DNA from: the human T2T-CHM13v2.0 reference genome, Homo sapiens
DNA: 64,000 nucleotides
Assembly: GCF_009914755.1 (NCBI RefSeq)
Contig: NC_060939.1
Direction: 5' to 3' (one strand)
The position numbers and the translations under genes were made by a program. Below are positions 31,641 to 45,300 of the stretch, one piece after another. Position 1 is the stretch's first letter. Each line of letters begins with the position of its first letter. Below the pieces are notes generated by a model, which saw nothing but the letters and a program-made list of their open reading frames with translations, was not told the origin of the DNA and did no database searches.

Positions 31641-34600
31641 ATGGAATGGAATGGAATGGAATCAACACGAATGGAATGGAATGGAACGGAATGGGATGGG
31701 ATGGAATGGAATGGAATGGAACTTAACCAACACGAATGGAAAGTAATGGAATGGAATGAACCCGAATGGAATGGAATGAACCCGAATGGAATGGAATGGA
31801 TTGGAATGCAATGGAATGGAATCAACCTGAGAGGATAGGAATGGAATGGAATGGAGTGGAATGGAATGGAATGGAATGGAATGGAATGGAATGGAATGGA
31901 ATGGAATCAAAACGAATGGAATAGAACGGAATGGAATGGGATGGGATGGAATGGAATGGAATGGAAGTTAATCAACACGAATGTAATGGAACGGAATGGA
32001 ATGGAATGGAATGGAATGGAATGAACCCGAATTGAATGGAATGGATAGGAATGGAATGGAATGGAATCAACCCGAGCGGAAAGGAATGGAATGGAATGGA
32101 GTGGAATGGAATGTAATGGAATGGAATGGAATGGAATGGAATCAACACGAATGGAATGGAACGGAATGGAATGGGATGGGATGGAATGGAATGGAATGGA
32201 AGTTAATCAACACGAATGGAATGGAACGGAATGGAAAGGAATGGAATGGATCGGAATGGAACCCAATGGAATCAACTGGAATGGAATGGAATGGAATGGA
32301 ATGGAATGGAATGGAATGGAATGGAATGGAATAAACCCGGGTGGAGTAGAATGGAATGGAATTTTGTGGAATGGAATGGAATGGAATGGAATGGAATGGA
32401 ATGGAATGGAATGAAATGGATTGGATCGGAATGGAATCCAATGGAATCAACTGGAATGGAATGGAATGGAATGGAATTCAATGGAATGCAATGGAATAAA
32501 TACGGGTGGAGTGGAATGGAATGAAATGGAGTGGAATGGAATGGAATTTAGTGGAATGGAATGGAATGGAATGGAATGGAATTGAATGGAATGGAATAAA
32601 CCCGAATGGAATGGAACGGAATGGAATGGAAAGGAATGGAATGGAATGCAATGGAATGGAATGGAATGGAATGGAATGAAATCAACCCGAGTGGAATGGA
32701 ACGGAATGGAATGGAATGGAAAGGAAAGAATGGAATGGAATGGTGTGGAATCAACATGAGAGGAATGGAATGGAATGGAATGGAACGGAATGGAATGCAA
32801 AGGAATGGAATGGAATGAACGCGAATGGAATGGAATGCAGTGGAATGGAATGGAATGGAATGGAATGGAATGGAATCAACACGAATGGAATGGAACGGAA
32901 CGGAATGGGATGGGATGGAATGGAATGGAATGGAACTTAATCAACACGAATGGAAAGTAATGGAATGGAATGAACTCGAATGGAATGGAATGGATTGGAA
33001 TGCAATGGAATGGAATCAAGCTGAGAGGAAAGGAATGGAATGGAATGGAGTGGAATGGAATGGAATGGAATGGAATGGAATGGAATTGAATGGAATCAAC
33101 ACGAATGGAATGGAACGGAATGGAAAGGGATGGGATGGAATGGAATGGAATGGAAGTTAATCAACACGAATGGAATGGAACGGAATTGAATGGAATGGAA
33201 TGGAATGGAATGAAATGGAATGGAATGGAATGAAATGAAAGGGAAAGGAACGGAATGGAATCAACACGAGTGGAATGGAATGGAACGGAATGGAATCAAC
33301 CCGAGTGGAATAAAATGGAATGTAATGAAATGGGATGGAGAGGAATCAACACGAGTGGAATGGAATGGAATGGAATGAAATGGAATGGATCGGAATGGAA
33401 TCCAATGGAATCAACTGGAATGCAATGGAATGGAATGGAATGGAATAGAATGGAATGGAATGGAAAGGAATGGAATAAATCCTGGTGGAGTGGAATGGAA
33501 TGTAATGGAGTGGAATGTAATGGAATTTTGTGGAATGGAATGGAGTGGAATGAAATGGATTGGATCGGAATGGAATCCAATGGAATCAGATGGAATGGAA
33601 TGGAATGGAATGGAATGGAATGGAATGGAATGGAATGGAATAAATCCGGGTGGAGTGGAATGGAATGAAATGGAGTGGAATGGAATGGAATTTATTGGAA
33701 TGCAATGGAACGGAATGGAATGGAATGGAATGGAATGGAATCAAACCGAATGGAATGGAACGGAATGGAATGGAATGGAATGGAATCAAACCGAATGGAA
33801 TGGAACGGAATGGAATGGAAAGGAATGGAAAGGAATGGAATGGAATGGAATGGAACGGAATGGAATCAACCCGAATGGGATGGCATGGAATTGAATTGAA
33901 TGGAATGGAATGCAATGGAATGGAATGAAACCGAATGGAAAGGAATGGATTGGAATGGAATGGAATGGAATCAACCTGAGCGGAATGGAATTGAATGGAA
34001 TGGAGTGGAATGGAATATAATGGAATGGAATGGAAAGGAATGGAATCAACACGAATGGAATGGAACGGAATGGAATGGGATGGGATGGAATGGAATCGAA
34101 TGGATGATAATCAACACGAATGTAATGGAACGGAATGGAATGGAATGGAATGGAATGAACCCGAATGGAATGGAATGGATTGGAATGGAATGGAATGAAA
34201 TGGAATGGATCGAAATGGAATACAATGGAATCAACTGGAATGGAATGGAATGGAATGGAATGGAATGGAATGGAATGAAATGCATTGGATCGGAATGGAA
34301 TCCAATGGAATCAACTGGAATGGAATGGAATGGAATGGAATGGAATGGAATTGAATGGAGTGGAATGGAATGGAATGGAATGGAATGGAATGGAATAAAT
34401 CCGGTTGGAGTGGAATGGAATGTAATGGAGTGGAATGTAATGGAATTTTGTGGAATGGAATGGAATGGAATGCAATGGAATGGAATGAAATGGATTGGAT
34501 CGGAATGGAATCCATTGGAATCAACTGGAATGGAAAGGAATGGGAAGGAATGGAATGGAATGGAGTGGAATGGAATGGAATGGAATGGAATGGAATGGAA

Positions 34601-37600
34601 AGGAATAAATCCGGGTGGAGTGGAATGGAATGAAATGGAGTGGAATGGAATGGAATTTAGTGGAATGGAATGGAATGGAATGGAATGGAATCAACCCGAA
34701 TGGAATGGAACGGAATGGAATGGAAAGGAATGGAATGGAATGAAATGGATTGGATCGGAATGGAATCCAATGGAATCAACTGGAATGGAATGGAATGGAA
34801 TGGAATGGAATGGAATGGAATAAATCCGGGTGGAGTGGAATGGAATGAAATGGAGTGGAATGGAATGGAATTTATTGGAATGGAATGGAACGGACTGGAA
34901 TGGAATGGAATGGAATCAAACCAAATACAATGGAATGGAATGGAATGGAATGGAAAGGAATGGAATGGAATGGAATGGAATGGAATGGAATGGAATGGAA
35001 TGGAATCAACCCGAATGGGATGGCATGGAAATGAATTGAATGGAATGGAATGGAAAGGTATGGAATGAAACCTAATGGAAAGTAATGGATTGGAATGGAA
35101 TGGAATGGAATCAACCCGAGCGGAACGGAATTGAATGGAATGGAGTGGAATGGAATATAATGGAATGGAATGGAAAGGAATGGAATCAACACGAATGGAA
35201 TGGAACGAAATGGAATGGGATGGGATGGAATGGAATGGAATGGAAGTTAATCAACACGAATGGAATGGAACGGAATGGAATGGAATGGAATGGAATGGAA
35301 TGGAATGGAATGGAATGGAATGAACCCGAATGGAATGGAATGGATTGGAATGGAATGGAATGGAATCCACCTGAGCGGAAAGGATTGGAATGGAATAGAG
35401 TGGAATGGAATGTAATGGAATGGAATGTAATGGAATGGAATCAACACGAAAGGAATGGAACGGAATGGAATGGAATGGAATGGAATGGAATGGAATGAAA
35501 TGGAAAGGAATGGAATGGAATCAACACGAGTGGAATGGAATGGAACGGAATGGAATCAACCCGAGTGGAATGAAATGGAATGTAGTGCAATGGGATGGAG
35601 GGGAATCAACCCGAGTGGAATTGAATGGAATGGAATGGAATGGAATGGAATGAAATGGAATGGATCGGAATGGAACCCAATGGAATCAACTGGAATGGAA
35701 TGGAAGGGAATGGAATGGAATGGAATGGAATGGAAGGGAATGTAATGGAATGGAATGGAATGGAATGGAATTGAATGAATCCGGGTGGAGTGGAATGGAA
35801 TGGAATGGAGTGGAATATAATGGAATTTTGTGTAATGGAATGGAATGGAATGGAATGGAATGGAATGGAACGGAATGGAATGGAATGAAATGGATTGGAT
35901 CGGAATGGAATCTAATGGAATCAACTGGAATGGAATGGAATGGAATCGAATGGAACTCAATGGAATGGAATGGAATAAATTCGGGTGGAGTGGAATAGAA
36001 TGAAATGGAGTGGAATGCAATCGAATTTAGTGGAATGGAATGGGATGGAATGGAATGGAATTGAATGGCATGGTATCAACCTGAATGGAATGGAACGGAA
36101 TGGAATGGAAAGGAATGGAATGGAATGGAATGGAATGGAATGGAATGGAATGGAATGGAATCAACACAAATGGGATGGCATGGAATTGAATGGAATGGAA
36201 TGGAATGGAATGGAATGGAATGGAATGGAATGGAATCAACCCAAGTGCAATGGAATGGAATGGAATGCAATGGAATCCACCCGAGTGGAATGGAATGGAA
36301 TGGAATGGCCTGGAATGGAATGGAATGGAATGGAATGGAATGGAATGGAGTGGAGTGGAATTGAACGAAATGGAGTGGAATGCAATAAACACCAGGGGAA
36401 TGAAATGCATTGGAATGAAATGGAATGGAATGGAATGGAATGGAATGAAATCAACCCGAGTGGAATGGAATGGAATGGAAAGCAATGAATGGAATGGTAT
36501 GGGGTGGAATCAACATGAGAGGAATGGAATGGAATGGAATGGAACGGAATGGAATGGAAAGGAATGGAATGGAATGAACCCGAATGGAATGGAATGGATT
36601 TGAATGGAATGGAATGGAATCAACCCGAGCGGAAAGGAATGGAATGGAATGGAGTGGAATGGAAAGTAATGGAATTGAATGGAATGGAATGGAATCAACA
36701 CGAATGGATTGGAACGGAATGGAATGGGATGGGATGGAATGGAATGGAATGGAAGTTAATCAACACGAATGGAATGGAAAGGAATGGAATGGAATGGCAT
36801 GGAATGCAATGGAATTGATTGGAATGGAATAGAATGAAATGGAAAGGAAAGGAATGGAATCAACACGAGTGGAATGGAATGGAACGGAATGGAATCAACC
36901 CGAGTGGAATGAAATGGAATGTAATGCAATGGGATGGAGTGGAATCAACCCGATTGGAATGGAATGGAATGGAATGCAATGGAATGGAATGAAATGGAAT
37001 GGATCAGAATGGAATCCAATGGAATCAACTGGAATGGAATGGAATGGAATGGAATGGAATAAATCCGGGTGGAGTGGAATGGAATGGAATGGAGTGGAAT
37101 GGAATGGAATGGAGTGGAATGGAATGGAATTTAGTGGAATGGAATGGAATGGAATGCAATGGAATGGAATGGAATGGAATGGAATGAAATGGATTGGATT
37201 GGAATGGAATACAAAGGAATCAACTGGAATGGAATGAAATGCAATGCAATGGAAGGGAATGGAATGGAATGGAATTAATCCGGTTGGAGTGGAATGCAAT
37301 GTAATGGAGTAGAATGGAGTGGAATTTAGTGGAATGGAATGGAATGGAATGGAATGGAATGGAATGGACCCGAATGGAGTGGAATGGATTGGAATGGAAT
37401 GGAATGTAATCAACCCGAGCGGAAAGGAATTAAATGGAATGGAGTGGAATGGAATATAATGGAATGGAATGGAAAGGAATGGAATCAACACGAATGGAAT
37501 GCAACGGAATGGAATGAGATGGGATGGAATGGAATGGAATGGAAGTTAATCAACACGAATGGAATGCAACGGAATGGAATGGAATGGAATGGAATGAACC

Positions 37601-40600
37601 CGAATGGAATTGAATGGATTGGAATGCAATGGAATGGAATCAACCCGAGCGGAAAGGATTGGAATGGAATGGAGTGGAATGTAATGTAATGGAATGGAAT
37701 GGAATGGAATGGAATCAACACGAATGGAATGGAACGGAATGGAATGGTATGGGATGGATTGGAATGGAATGGAAGTTAATCAACACGAATGGAATGGAAC
37801 GGAATGGAATGGAATGGAATGCAATGGAATGGAATGGAATGGAATGAAATGGAAAGGAAAGGAAAGGAATCAACACGAGTGGAATGGAATGGAACGGAAT
37901 GGAATCAACCCGAGTGGAATGAAATGGAATGTAGTGCAATGGGATGGAGTGGAATCAACCCGAGTGGAATGGAATGGAATGGAATGGAATGGAATGGAAT
38001 GGAAAGGAATGAAATGAAATGGATTGGATCGGAATGGAATCCAATCGAATTAACTGGAATGGAATGGAATGGAATGGAATGGAATGGAATGGAATAAATC
38101 CGGGTGGAGTGGAATGGAATGGAATGGAGTGGAATGGAATGGAATTTTGTGGGATGGAATGGAATGGAATGGAATGCAACGGAATGGAATCAACCGGAAT
38201 GGGATGGCATGGAATGGAATTGAGTGGAATGGAATGGAATGGAATAGAATGGAATCAAATCAAGTGCAATGGAATGGAATGGAATGCAATGGAATCCACC
38301 GGAGTGGAATGGAATGGAATGGAATGGAATGGAATGGAATGGAGTGGAATGGAACGGAATGGAATGGAATGGAACGGAATGGAATGGAATGAACCCGAAT
38401 GGAATGGAATGGAATTAACCCGAATGGAATGGAATGGATTGGAATGGAATGGAATGGAATCAATCTGAGCGGAAAGGAATGGAATGGAATGGAGTGGAAT
38501 GTAATGTAATGGAATGGAATTTAATGGAATGGAATCAACACGAATGGAATGGAACGGAATGGAATGGGATGGGATGGAATGGAATGGAATGGAAGTTAAT
38601 CAACACGAATGGAATGGAACGGAATGGAATGGAATGGAATGGAATGGAATGGAATGGAATGGAATGGAATGGAATGAAATGGAAAGGAACGGAATGGAAT
38701 CAACACGAGTGGAATGGAATGGAACGGAATGGAATCAACCCGAGTGGAATTAAATGGAATGTAATGCAATGGAATGGAGGGGAATCAACCCGAGTGGAAT
38801 GGAATGGAATGGAATGGAATGGAATGGAATGGAATGGAATGAAATGAAATGGAATGGATCAGAATGGAATCCAATGGAATCAACTGGAATGGAATGGAAA
38901 GGAATGGAATGGAATAAATCCGGTTGGAGTGGAATGGAATGTAATGGAGTGGAATGTAATGGAATTTTGTGGAATGGAATGGAATGGAATGCAATCGAAT
39001 GGAATGAACTGGAATGGAATGGAATGGAAAGGAATGGAATGGAATGGAGTGGAATGGAATGGAATGGAATGGAATGGAATGGAGTGGAATGGAATGGAAT
39101 GGAATGGAATGGAATGGAATGGAATGGAATCAACCCGAATGGAATGGAACGGAATGGAATGGAAAGGAATGTTATGGAATGGAATGGAATCAACACGAAT
39201 AGGATGGCATTGAATTGAATGGAAAGGAATGGAATGGAATGGAATGGAATGAAATGGAATGGAGTCAACCCAAGTGCAATGGAATGGAATGGAATGCAAT
39301 GGAATCCACCCAAGTGGAATTGAATGGAATGGAATGGAATGGAATGGAATGGAGTGGAATCGAACGGAATGGAGTGGAATGCAATAAACACCAGGGGAAT
39401 GAAATGGATTGGAATGAAATGGAATGGAATGGAATGGAATGGATTGGAATGGAATGGAGTGGAATGGAATTGAATGTAATGAAATCAACCCGAGTGGAAT
39501 GGAACGGAATGGAATGGAATGGAAAGGAATGAATGGAATGTAATGGGGTGGAATCAACACGAGAGGAATGGAATGGAATGGAATGGAATGGAATGGAACG
39601 GAATGGAATGGAAAGGAATGGAATGGAATGAACCCGAATGGAATGGAATGGATTGGAATGGAATGGAATGGAATCAACCCTAGCGGAAAGGAATGCAATG
39701 GAATGGAGTGGAATGGAATGTAATGGAATGGAATGGAATGGAATGGAATCAACACGAATGGAATGGAACGGAATAGAATGGTATGGGTTGGAATGGAATG
39801 GAATGGAATTTAATCAACACGAATGGAATGGAAAGGAATGGAATGGAATGGCATGGAATGGAATGGAATGGAATGGAATGGAATAGAATGAAATAGAAGG
39901 GAATGGAATGGAAGCAACACGAGTGGAATGGAATTGAACAGAATGGAATCAACCCGAGTGGAATGAAATGGAATGTAATGCAATGGGATGGAGTGGAATC
40001 AACCCGAGTGGAATGGAATGGAATGGAATGGAATGGAATGAAATGGAATGGATCAGAATGGAATCCAACGGAATCAACTGGAAAGGAATGGAATGTAATG
40101 AAATGGAATGGAATAAATCCGGGTGGAGTGGAATGGAATGTAATGGAGTGGAATGGAATGGAATTTAGTGGAATGGAATGGAATGGAATCAACACGAATG
40201 GAATGGAACGGAATGGAATGAGATGGGATGGAATGGAATGGAATGGAAGTTAATCAACACGAATGGAATGGAATGGAATGGAATGGGATGGAATGGAATG
40301 GAATGAAATGGAAAGGAACGGAATGGAATCAACACGAGTGATATGGAATGGAACGGAATGGAATCAACGCGAGAAGAATGAAATGGAATGCAATGCAATG
40401 AGATGCAGTGGAATAAACCGGAGTGGAATGGAATGGAATGGAATGGAAAGGAATGGAATGAAATGGAATGGATCGGAATGGAATCCAATGGAATCAACTG
40501 GAGTGGAATGGAATGGAATGGAATGGAATAGAATGGAATGGAATGGAATGGAATAAATCCGGGTGGAGTGGAATGGAATGTAATGGAGTGGAATGTAATG

Positions 40601-42399
40601 GAATTTAGTGGAATGGAATGGAATGGAATGGAATGGAATGGAATGAAATGAAATGGATTGGATCCGAATGGAATCCAATGGAATCAACTGGAATGGAATG
40701 GAATGGAATGGAATAAATCCGGGTGGAGTGGAATGGAATGTAATGGAGTGTAATGGAATGGAATGGAATGGAATGAACCCGAATGGAATGGAATGGATTG
40801 CAATGGAATGGAATGGAATGGTATGGAATGGATCAGAATGGAATCCAATGGAATCAACTGGAATGGAATGAAAGGAATGGAATGGAATGGAATCTAATAA
40901 ATCCGGGTGGAGTGGAATGGAATGTAATGGAGTGGAGTGGAATGGAATGTAATGGAGTGGAATGTAATGGAATTTAGTGGAATGGAATGGAACGGAATGG
41001 AATGGAATGGAATGGAATCAACACGAATGGAATGGACCGGAATGGAATGGGATGGGATGGTATGGAAAGGAATGGAAGTTAATCAATACGAATGGAATGG
41101 AACGGAATGGAATGGAATGGAATGGAATGGAATGGAATGGACCCGAATGGAATGGAATGGATTGGAATGGAATGGAATGGTATCAACATGAGCGGAAAGT
41201 AATGGAATGGAATGGAGTGGAATGGAATGCAATGGAATGGAATGGAATGGAATGGAATCAACACTAATGGAATGGAATGGAATGGAATGGGATGGGATGG
41301 AATGGAATGGAATGGAAGTTAATCAACACGAATGGAATGGAACGGAATGGAATCGAATGGAATGGAATGGAATGGAATGAACCCGAATGTAATGGAATGG
41401 ATTGGAATGGAATGGAATGGAATCAACCCGAGTAGAAGAGAATGGAATGGAATCGAGTGGAATGGAATGTAATTTAATGGAATGGAATGGAATGGAATGG
41501 AATCAACCTGAGCGGAAAGGATTGTAATGGAATGGAATGGAATGGAATGGAATGGAATGGAATGGAATGGAATCAACACGAATGGAATGGAACGGAATGG
41601 AATGGAATGGAAAGGAATGGAATGGAATCAACACGAGTGGAATGGAATGGAACGGAATGGAATCAACCCGAGTGGAATGAAATGGAATGTAGTGCAATGG
41701 GTTGGAGGGGAACCAACCCGATTGGAATTGAATGGAATTGAATGGAATGGAATGGAATGAAATGGAATGGATCGGAATGGAACCCAATGGAATCAACTGG
41801 AATGGAATGGAATGGAATGGAATGGAATGGAATGGAATGGAATTGAATGGAATGGAATAAATCCGGGTGGAGTGGAATGGAATAGAATGGAGTGGAATGT
41901 AATGGAATTTTGTGGAATGGAGTGGAATATAATGGAATTATGTGGAATGGAATGGAATGGAATGGAATGGAATGGAATGAAATGGATTGGATCGGAATGG
42001 AATCCAATGGAATCAACTGGAATGGAATGGAATGGAATGGAATTCAATGGAATGGAATGGAATAAATCCGGGTGGAGTGGAATGGAATGAAATGGAGTGA
42101 AATGGAATGGAATTTATTGGAATGGAATGGAAAGGAATGGAATGGAATGGAATGGAATGGAATGGAATGGAATCAACCCGAATGGAATGGAATGGAATGG
42201 AATGGAAAGGAATGGAATGGCATGGAATGGAATGGAATGGAATGGAATGGAATGGAATGGAATCAACACGAATGGGATGGCATGGAATTGAATTGAATCG
42301 AATGGAATGGAATGGAATGGAATGGAATGGATTGGAATGGAATCAACCACAATTTAATGGAATGGAATGGAATGGAGTGGACTGGAATGGAATGTAACG

Positions 42400-45300
42400 G
42401 AATGGTATGGAATGGAATCAACACGAATGGAATGGAAAGGAATGGAATGGGATGGGAAGGACTGGAATGGAATGGAAGTTAATCAACACGAATGGAATGG
42501 AACGGAATGGAATCGAATGGAATGGAACGGAATGGAATGAAACCGAATGGAATGGAATGGATTGGAATGGAATGGAATGGAATCAATCTGAGCGGAAAGG
42601 AATTGAATGGAACGGAGTGGAATGGAATATAATGGAATGGAATGGAAAGGAATGGAATCAACAAGAATGGAATGGAACGGAATGGAATGGGATGGGATGG
42701 AATGGAATGGAATGGAAGTTAATCAACACGAATGGAATGGGACGGAATGGAATGGAATGGAATGGAATGGAATGAACCCGAATGGAATGGAATGGATTGG
42801 TATGGAATGGAATGGAATCAACCCGAGCGGAAAAGATTGGAATGGAATGGAGTGGAATGGAATGTAATGGAATGGAATGGAATGGAATGGAATCAAAACG
42901 AATGGAATGGAACTGAATGGAATGGTATGGGATGGAATGGAATGGAATGGAATGGAAGTTAATCAACACGAATAGAATGGAATGGAATGGAATGGAATGA
43001 AATGGAAAGGAACGGAATGGAATCAACACGAGTGGAATGGAGTGGAACGGAATGGAATCAACCCGAGTGGAATGAAATGGAATGTAGTGCAATGGGATGG
43101 AGAGGAATCAACCCGAGTGGAATGGAATGGAATGGAATGGAATAAATCCGGGTGGAGTGGAATGGAATGTAATGGAGTGGAATGTAATGGAATTTAGTGG
43201 AATGGAATGGAATGGAATGGAATGAAATGGATTAGATCGGAATGGAATCCAATGGAATCAACTGGAATGGAATGGAATGGAATGGAATGGAATAAATCCG
43301 GATGGAGTGGCATGGAATGTAATGGAGTGGAATGGAATGGAATTTAGTGGGATGGAATGGAATGGAATGGAATGGAATGGAATCAACCGGAATGGGATGG
43401 CATGGAAAGGAATTGAGTGGAATGGAATGGAATGGAGTGGAATGGAACGGAATGGAGTGGAATGGAATAAACACCAGGGGAATGAAACGGATTGGAATGA
43501 AATGGAATGGAATGGAATGGAATGGAATGAAGTCAACACGAGTGGAATGGAAAGGAATGGAATGGAATGGAAAGGAATGAATGGAATGGAATGGTGTGGA
43601 ATCAACACGAGAGGAATGGAATGGAATGGAATGGAATCAACCCGAGCGGAAAGGAATGGAATGGAATGGAGTGGTATGGAATGTAATGGAATGGAATGGA
43701 AATGAATGGAATCAACACTAATGGAATGGAACGGAATGGAATGGGATGGGATGGAATGGAATGGAATGGAAGTTAAACAACACGAATGGAATGGAACGGA
43801 ATGGAATGGAATGGAATGGAATGGAATGGAATGGAATGAACCCGAATGGAATGGAATGGACTGGAATGGAATGGAACGGAATCATCCCGAGCGGAAAGGA
43901 ATGGAATGGAATGGAGTGGAATGGAATGTAATGGAATGGAATGGAATGGAATGGAATGGAATCAACATGAATGGAATGGAACGGAATGGAATGGGATGGG
44001 ATGGAATGGAATGGAATGGAAGTTAATCAACACGAATGGAATGGAACGGAATGGAATGGAATGGAATGGAACGGAACGGAATGGAATGGAATGGAATGGA
44101 ATGCAATAGAATGAAATGGAAAGGAACGGAATGGAATCAACACGAGTGGAATGGAATGGAACGGAATGGAATCAACCCGAGTGGAATGAAATGGAATGTA
44201 ATGCAATGGGATGGAGGGGAATCAACCCGAGTGGAATGGAATGGAATGGAATGGAATGGAATGGAATGGAATGGAATGGAATGAAATGGAATGGATCAGA
44301 ATGGAATCCAATGGAATCAACTGGAATGGAATGGAATGGAATGGAATGGAATGGAATGGAATGGAATGCAATGGAATGGAATGGAATAAATCCGGTTGGA
44401 ATGGAATGGAATGTAATGGAGTGGAATGTAATGGAATTTTGTGGAATGGAATGGAATGGAATGCAATGGAATGGAATGAAATGGATTGGATCGGAAGGGA
44501 ATCCATTGGAATCAACTGGAATGGAATGGAATGGAAAGGAATGGAATGGAATGGAATGGAATGGAATGGAATGGAATGGAAAGGAATCAACCCAAATGGA
44601 ATGGAACGGAATGGAATGGAAAGGAATGGAATGGAATGGAATGGAATGGAATGGAATGGAATGGAATCGAATGCAATAGAATGGAATGGAATCAACACGA
44701 ATGGGATGGCATGGAATGGAATGGAATGGAATGGAATGGAATGGAATGGAATCAACCCAAGTGCAATGGAATGGAATGCAATGCAATGGAATCCACCCGA
44801 GTGGAATGGAATGGAATGGAATGGAGTGGAATGGAACGGAATGGAGAGGAATGGAATAAACACCAGGGGAATGAAATGGATTGGAATGAAATCGAATGGA
44901 ATGGAATGGAATGAAATGGAATGGATCAGAATGGAATCCAAAGGAATCAACTGGAATGGAATGGAATGGAATGGAATGGAATAAATCCGGGTGGAGTGGA
45001 ATGGAATGTAATGGAGTGGAATGGAATGGAATTTAGTGGAATGGAACGGAATGGAATGCAATGGAATGGAATGGAATGAAATGGATTGGATTGGAATGGA
45101 ATACAATGGAATCAACTGGAATGGAATGAAATGCAATGCAATGGAAGGGAATGGAATGGAATGGAATAAATCCGGTTGGAGTGGAATGGAATATAATGGA
45201 GTGGAATGGAATGGAATTTAGTGGAATGGAATGGAATGGAATGGAATGGACCCGAATGGAATGGAATGGAGTGGAATGGAATGGAATGGAATCAACACGA

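Larger units (their letters stand above)
18700..32400 (+). repeat. Second, slightly diverged ~6.05-kb duplication within HSat3
   Basis: TGGAATCTGGTGG at 20801/26841 (6040), CAACTCTAGC at 23301/29351 (6050), and ORF pairs 18951/25033, 20816/26856 and 21915/27980. Boundaries are approximate. Confidence 0.82.
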
